Positions 57,334 through 64,000 of a stretch of DNA of 64,000 bases are shown here, one piece after another; the first letter of the stretch is position 1; every line of letters begins with the position of its first letter. Made by a program: the position numbers and the translations under genes. The notes beneath the pieces were generated by a model that was given only the letters and a program-made list of their open reading frames with translations, was not told the DNA's origin and searched no databases. The DNA comes from Eledone cirrhosa (Eukaryota), in assembly GCA_964016885.1 (NCBI GenBank), contig OZ024741.1, positions 73,656,001 through 73,720,000 of the forward strand, in the 5' to 3' direction.

Positions 57334-57610
57334 GTGTGTGTGTGTGCGTACGCGCGACCAATTGAGCGTGTATGTGTGCCTGTGTATGTATAAATAGTAG
57401 TTAGTGTGGATACCCAGACATACATCCATGCCATATTTAGTTTGCTATAGATATATTCAAAGGTATATTTTATTACATAAAATTTTATAGTAGGATAAGT
57501 TGTAAGGGAATTTTTTCTTCACTAAACATGTGATATGCCGTGGTGTGAAAAGAAGGAAAAATTTCACTTTAGAACTAACACATTACATCTTTACACACAC
57601 TTACACACAC

Positions 57611-57750
<140 letters not shown>

Positions 57751-58074
57751 ATAATATATATATATTTATATATATAATGCTGCGTTTATTCACACGAATA
57801 CATGTTTCCCGCAGATACCGAAAGAAACACCCGCTGCCAAGGTGACAGAGGAAAAAAGAAACATTTATGATTGTGTTAATGGGACTTTTACGATCCACTC
57901 AAACGCCATTTTGAATTGCAAAAAATTTGTTCGCCTAGCAACAATATATATGCTATTCCCTTTTTCTATAATTTCGAATACAAACCTCTATTTCTGTATC
58001 CATACGTACATATATATATTTATTTGCATGTGTGTATGTATGTTTGTATGTTTGTATGTATGTATGTATTCCTA

Positions 58075-58457
58075 AAAAGGAATGTAAGTAAAGAGACTGT
58101 TCTGAACTGACTGCTGTTGAACATCATCTGGTTTGCCAGCACTGTGGTCTAGTCTGCCTGAGCAAAGTTGGTTTGACTAGACACGAACAAAGTCATATCA
58201 GTAGACCTCATATAGATTATGATCTGAAAAGGTGTAAGGACTGTAGCAAGGAATGTGCTGACATGGGAGGTCTTAAAAGACACATGAGAACACAGCCAGA
58301 ACAAAGCAATGGAAAGTCCCGGAGGAGCCTAGAGTTGCCATGTATGGGCCAAAGGGTGCAAGTCTTTGGCTGGTTTAAAGAGTCACATTCGCGCGTCACA
58401 TTTTTGAGCATTTTTATCAGGCGATGGCAATGCTCGAACACGAGTTTGCTGCCATCA
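58075..58457 (+). mobile_element. RTE-like LINE 3' end
   Basis: C2H2-like repeats CQHCGLVCLSKVGLTRH and CKDCSKECADMGGLKRHMRT, then a short 3' UTR into (TATG)n. Confidence 0.55.
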
Positions 58458-58467
58458 TGTATGTATG

Positions 58468-58580
<113 letters not shown>

Positions 58581-59584
58581 ATATATTAATTCATTATATG
58601 GAAAAGAGAGCAAATATAGAAAACTAGCTGGCCTCGTGTCGTCAATTGGACGGCTAAATGTACTATTTTATATATAAAAGGTGTACAAAATCAGGTTTTT
58701 ATTTTAATAACTCTTTTATTACAAGCGTTTTGGTGAAAAATCTATCCTGAACTAACATATCTTGATTGCTTGTTTCCTTCAAAGTTAATTTTCAGTTTTC
58801 CTTCTTTCTCGAATGACTTAAAGCCACATAAAGCTGGCCGTGACTAAATACGGGGGCTGGCAAGTAAATACCAACTATTTCGAAGCTCTGTCCTTGCGAT
58901 TTGTTTGTGGTCATGGCAAATGCTGGTATCACAGGCTCATCTGCTCGTATTGAAGTTGCATTCGGACGCTGGTCGACTCTTGGTATGAAAGCTTCATTTG
59001 CTTTTTTACTGCCAGTAATGATTTTTGCATGAATATAAAATTCATTATAAGATAAAACCGAAACTCAAGTACCATTCAGCAGGCCATTAGCAGGATCCAA
59101 ATTTCTCAGCAAAATCACAATGGAATTTTTCTTCAGTACTAGATTATATGGGGGTATGCCTGACAGCATCAGGAAATTCAAAAGCTCTTCCGGATAATTC
59201 ACGATGTTCTCGTCACTTTCGTCAATCAACACATCAACACTTTTGATATACCGGTAAGTTTCCATCACGAAGTGACATTATCTTGGTATTCAGTTCGATT
59301 GAATCTTTGTTCTTTGATGTTAAAATAATTTTGGTCGAAATTTCATCAATATCGCCGATACTTACAACAGATATGGCGTCGCCAAATATGTCTCTTATCA
59401 AATTTCCAGATTAAATCATGGTTTCAGGTATCTCAGTTAAGGTAAAATTTGTCATGTGTGTCCACAGAAGATTTTAAAGAAGATTCAATTATAGCACCAT
59501 TTGATCCACTCGGAATAAACCGACGCAGTTTTCCTAAAGTCCCCTTCAAGAAGCATAACTTTACCGCCGAAAGGCTTATGGCAG

Positions 59585-60130
59585 TTCGTCGGTAGAGGGT
59601 CAGACACTATGCTTTCCAGCATAGTTACGTCCCTTCACGATCTGAGTTCAAATCCCGCCGAGGTTGACTTTGCCTTTCATCCTTACGGGGTCGATAAAAT
59701 AAAGTACCAGTAATGCACTGGGTAATTGCTGGCCTTGTGCCTAAAGTAGAAACAATTATTTCCTTTAGCAGTAGGGCGGTGAATTGGCAGTATCGGTAGA
59801 GGGTTGGACACCATGCTTTCTAGCATAGTTACGTCCCTTTACGGTCTGAGTTCAAATCCCGCCGAGGTTGACTTTGCCTTTCATCCTTACGGGGTCGATA
59901 AAATAAAGTACCAGTAATGTACTGGGTAATTGCTGGCCTTGTGCCAAAAGTAGAAACAATTATTTCCTTTAGCAGTTATGATCTGATTTCAAATCCCGCC
60001 AAGGTTAACTTTGCCTTTCATCCTTACGGGGTCGATAAAATAAAGTACCAGTCACGTACTGGGGTCGATTTAATCGACTTTTCCCTCCCCCAAATTACTG
60101 GCCTTGTGTCTATACTAGAAATCCTTATTT
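59585..60130 (+). mobile_element. Three head-to-tail tRNA-derived SINEs inside the Helitron
   Basis: Middle copy is full length with A box TGGCAGTATCGG and B box GAGTTCAAATCC. Each copy is followed by TTATTTCCTTTAGCAG. Confidence 0.9.
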
Positions 60131-62427
60131 CCTTTAGCAGAAGATTAATGCATCTCAATGCATTTCCTGAAAGCATTGACACCTCATCAATTATTATTAG
60201 GTCAGCTAATTTTAATTTTTCAGAGTACTCTGATGGAGTCTAAGTTAGTGACGTAGAATTTTCCAAGATAGGCACTGGGAATTTAAAGCCACTGTGTACA
60301 GTTCTTCCTTGGTGCAATAGATCAGCCGCAATGCTTGTTGTAGCAAATGAGAGAACACGCTTTCGTTGACTACACAAATGCGATATCTAGGTATTGTAGA
60401 GATACGTTTTTCTTGTGTCTCTGAGGCCATCAAAAAAACAAAATCTGCCGGGTCAGTGTTCTTCATCAATGGCTGTGATGATTTGATCAAACGCACGATG
60501 CTGACTGTCTGTCAAAGGGGAAATTTGTGCTTCCAATCTAAGGTCGGCCTGGTTTTGTTCTACATTCTCAGCGTTCATGAAAGGCATCAGCAATCGGAAG
60601 ATGCAAATCTCGGCATGTCAAATCTTGCAAGGACAATGTTATTCCAATTTCTTGTAAAGCTAGTTGAACAGAGATTTCTCTGGTGTGAATTCTAAGGAAG
60701 TCTTCAGTCAAACTTTCTTTAAAGTTGTTGAACAGGAGGTCAGGATTGACCAGATTATTGAAAGTGTAAATGAGTGCAAACAGCTGTCGGAGCTGCTTTG
60801 GCATATTTGGCATCTTCTAAGTATCTTCTCCACACATTGTCATTTTGAACCAACTGCCATTGCTCTGCTGCTTCTTTATAGCTACCGTATATAACCTCAT
60901 CCACTGTTTTCAGTTCCTCGAAACCCCGAGCTCATTTAAAGTGCAGCAGCAAAGTCTCATGAAAATCTTTCCTGATCCTTTGGCTGACAGAATACATTCG
61001 ACTCATGATTTTGCGCAGTTTTCTTATTGTAGAAATAATGATAAGGAATATCTACATATAGATATTGTCTTGTATTTTCATTATTTTGGTTGAGCAAGAA
61101 CCATGCAGTTAGAATAGTGTTGCGTTACGCAGCTTTTCTAGTGATCTTTCTTGTCGTTCCCCAAAATAGGCGGGCTGTTCCTGGAGGAGATGAACAGGGA
61201 GGTGAATAGTTGCATGGGATCTGTCATGTATTTTGAATTCAAGTAATCTCCACATTCCTTCCGGAGCACTCACATATCTGGCATCTAGATAATTGTTGAC
61301 TTCATCATGAATTATGACCTTGTCGTCAGCTGCTTCGCGGATGCCTTCATTTATGGAATCGTAGCCTTTGTATACGCACATAAACACATATTTTACAGAG
61401 CGGTTGAAGGCACAAATTTCTACGTTGATATAACAGTTGTATTTCTGACTTAAATACTTGTTAGAAGGCACAGTATATCGGTTATCCACTACTTTCTGAC
61501 CAACATTTGATGTTGAACCCGAAAGTCATTTGGATGATGGATAACTATCTCTGTTTTTAAAGGTTTCCTGTTGAACAGTTTTTATTTTCCATGAAATGCA
61601 CGTTAGGGTTTTGCTCACCACAAGAACCATGGATCATAAATTTCTTAACAATTTGGTAGAGTACTCGTTCTGTCTCTGGGTCAGAAATTTCAGCACACAC
61701 AGTTTGGTAAATTCTTTCACTTGTATTCGATTTATCATCTGGATGAAATGTTAATAATAAATGGTCGTGCGGTAGTTTTCCCTTCTGAAATTCTATGGTG
61801 TTACAATGTGCGACAACTTGGCCAATCACATGTCTTTTTGTTACATCAATTATTAATCCTGCAACTTAATATTATACAACCGAGCCACTAAATCTGGTTT
61901 ACCAGAGGCTGATTGACCTGGGAAAAAATAGTTTTGTATCTTGGGCCAATTAAGGTTGCATGTCATTGTAAAAAATATATCGGGTAGATCCAATTTTTTC
62001 ACAATTGCTAATGCATCTGAGTATCGCTCTCTCGTATATTTTGGTGATCCTTGGAATGATGATGGAAGAATGACTGTCTCTTCGATTCGAGTATTTTCAG
62101 TATTTGCTCCATTGGCTAAATGGTCAGCAAGTCATCATATTGTTACACTTTCAGCTTGTTTTGTTGCGTTTGTAAATAATTTAAATTGTTAACCTCACTT
62201 TCTAAGTGAGAATCTACAACCTACTGTTGAAAAGGTTTTCCTTCGGGCAAATAAATAAACACACATTGGCTTTTATTATAGTTGATTAATAATCCATTGT
62301 TTTAAATCTTTATGGATGGGCGAAAACGAATGCTAGACATGTTCAGTGCAATAGTAAATCCAATTCATCGGTCTCAAAAATCATGTCTAATCCGCAGGCT
62401 GCACTCAGAAACAGGTGAAGAAAAGAA

Positions 62428-63215
62428 TCTACTATATAAATGGCAATTTCTGTCTGTGTATCTGTGTATCTGTGTATATGTGTATAACCACTTGGCGCCG
62501 ACACCAGTGATCCGATCATGATGAAACTTTACACATATGTTAAGCTAATATTCAGAAACAGAACTGGCTAATTGGATTTCAATAAAAATCAATAATGGAA
62601 CCCCTGCAGATATATTTACAATGGAGGAGGAAAGAGAAGACGTTTCAGTGAGAGAGTGGGAAGAGGAGATACTACTACTCTATGTTAAACCCTCCCAGCC
62701 ACTACTCCCCTTCCTCCTCCCACAACTCAGTCCTCCAAAACGACGCAACAACTTATTAGAAATATACAATGCGCGTTCTTGATTGTTCTCCATTCTGTAA
62801 AGAAAGTGAGAAAGGGTATGAGAGAGAGGGGGGGGTGAGAAAAGAAAAAGAGAGGGGTTGAGAAAGAAAGAAAGATAGTGAGGGCGATTGAGGGGGTGCA
62901 GATAACCCCCTTTAACCGCTTCCTTGGAGTCGACTGAAGCACTGCAGTGCAATGCAACAAAACGTCATAACTTCTGGGAGTTCGCAACCGATTTTCACCA
63001 AACTTGACACATGGACTACATATGTTCTACAGATGAATTTGAACACTCAGAATTGGCACATATTGAGTAGGGGACCCCTGAGTGCAGGAACTCCCTTTTG
63101 GAAAAAGCCGATGATTTTGTAGAGGTATAGTTTTCGAAGCAGCACTGAGGTATTGACATGAATGCTACACATGACTGCTATTTAATACCCAAGCAATGCG
63201 GGGCACCTCTGCTAG
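62428..63215 (+). mobile_element. Non-autonomous Helitron nested in the larger Helitron
   Basis: A|TCTACTATATAAA ... hairpin CCCAAGCAATGCGGG ... CTAG|T; no TSD. Confidence 0.8.
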
Positions 63216-63559
63216 TTCTCTACATAAGAAACTTTAGCTTTCTCGCCTCTCATACCGATTGAGTAAACGTCACTAATAATGGATTACTGTTCCTGAACTA
63301 CTTATAGTATTTGGTGTCATTAAACGGTTACTCGGATAGCTGTGACATGATCACGGCTTGAAATACTCACAGCGATACTTACGTATGTCTATTATACATA
63401 AACATATTGTATATGCTTCCATATAAGCTTCTAATCTGGGTTATGTCATGTTAGTGCTACGGCTAATTAATAATAGCCCGACAAGATCGCACTGTATGAA
63501 AATAAGCATTCTGATAAAAGTATTGCCTGTAAAATTCTATATATAAGATTACCGAAATA

Positions 63560-63945
63560 GCTACTGTATGTAGAGTTGAGCAAAGACAAGCGCTCTGTCG
63601 TTGAACAGACAATTTTAAAGACAATTTCAAAGACAATTTTAAAGTGTCCCTCAAAAACCTCAACATCAATCTCAGTAACTGAAAATTACTTGCTCTGGAT
63701 CACCCAAGCAAAATCTTTGAGGGGGCATGTGCAGAAGAAAACAGACGCATTGCAGAGGCTCAGAGAAAACGCTCCGCGCATAAGGGAGGAGTCACATCCA
63801 CCTCCACTCCAACACCTACCCACATGTGAGTGTTGATTACGGTTCTGGATTGGGCTTATCAGCCACCTTCGGACCCACAACTATAGATCGTCTACCCAAC
63901 ATCAAAGTCGTGATAATTTTCGATTCCGAAGGCTAACAACAACAT
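63560..63945 (+). mobile_element. RTE-BovB-like LINE 3' end
   Basis: PTCEC...IGLISHLRTH terminal motif, short UTR and (CAA)n tail. Confidence 0.65.
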
Positions 63946-64000
63946 ATATAAGTATCTTCGTTGCCTCAGGACTCAATGTGTAAACGTCACAGATGATGGA

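Larger units (their letters stand above)
58624..63548 (-). mobile_element. Decayed autonomous-type Helitron (Rep/PIF1-like helicase)
   Basis: IEFQKGKLPHDH, MIHGSCG, CYINVEIC...VKYVF..VYKGYD, YLDARYVSAPE, PFGGK..L.GDFR, LRNLDPANGLLNGT, FAMTTNKSQGQSF, HGQLYVALS. 5' A|TCTTATATATA at 63548; 3' hairpin then CTAG|T at 58624. Confidence 0.9.

Noticed and set aside
59775-59862. tRNA gene
   Set aside because: A and B boxes belong to a SINE head; no cloverleaf is evident and it continues into the SINE body.

Overview
AT-rich, repeat-saturated animal genomic DNA. The SINE families and very dense (TA)n/(CA)n tracts suggest a cephalopod such as Octopus, which is my inference and is not database-checked. 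Almost all ORF-track entries are microsatellite translations. Coding content I can support: one lysine/arginine-rich open frame running off the left edge (candidate host exon, minus strand), a young 5'-truncated Penelope-like element (PLE) with an open RT-thumb/GIY-YIG frame, a Neptune-type GIY-YIG remnant, a near full-length decayed R4/Dong-clade LINE, several RTE-type LINE fragments, a CRE-like fragment, a decayed hAT-like transposase, and a decayed Helitron with nested insertions. There are also many tRNA-derived SINEs. The main unexplained signal is a large set of short non-coding inserts sitting inside (TA)n tracts. They share a fold-back architecture (inverted arm + sense arm + unpaired tail) and carry roughly 18 recognisable type I hammerhead ribozyme motifs. 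These include U3:A8 core variants, very long helix II forms and sequence-variable but palindromic helix III. Several unrelated families are terminally redundant or circularly permuted with unit lengths of about 470-605 bp. This looks like a community of retrozyme-like, PLE-mobilised small (possibly circular) RNAs that target TA microsatellites. All alignments and folds were done by eye, so coordinates may be off by a few bases.
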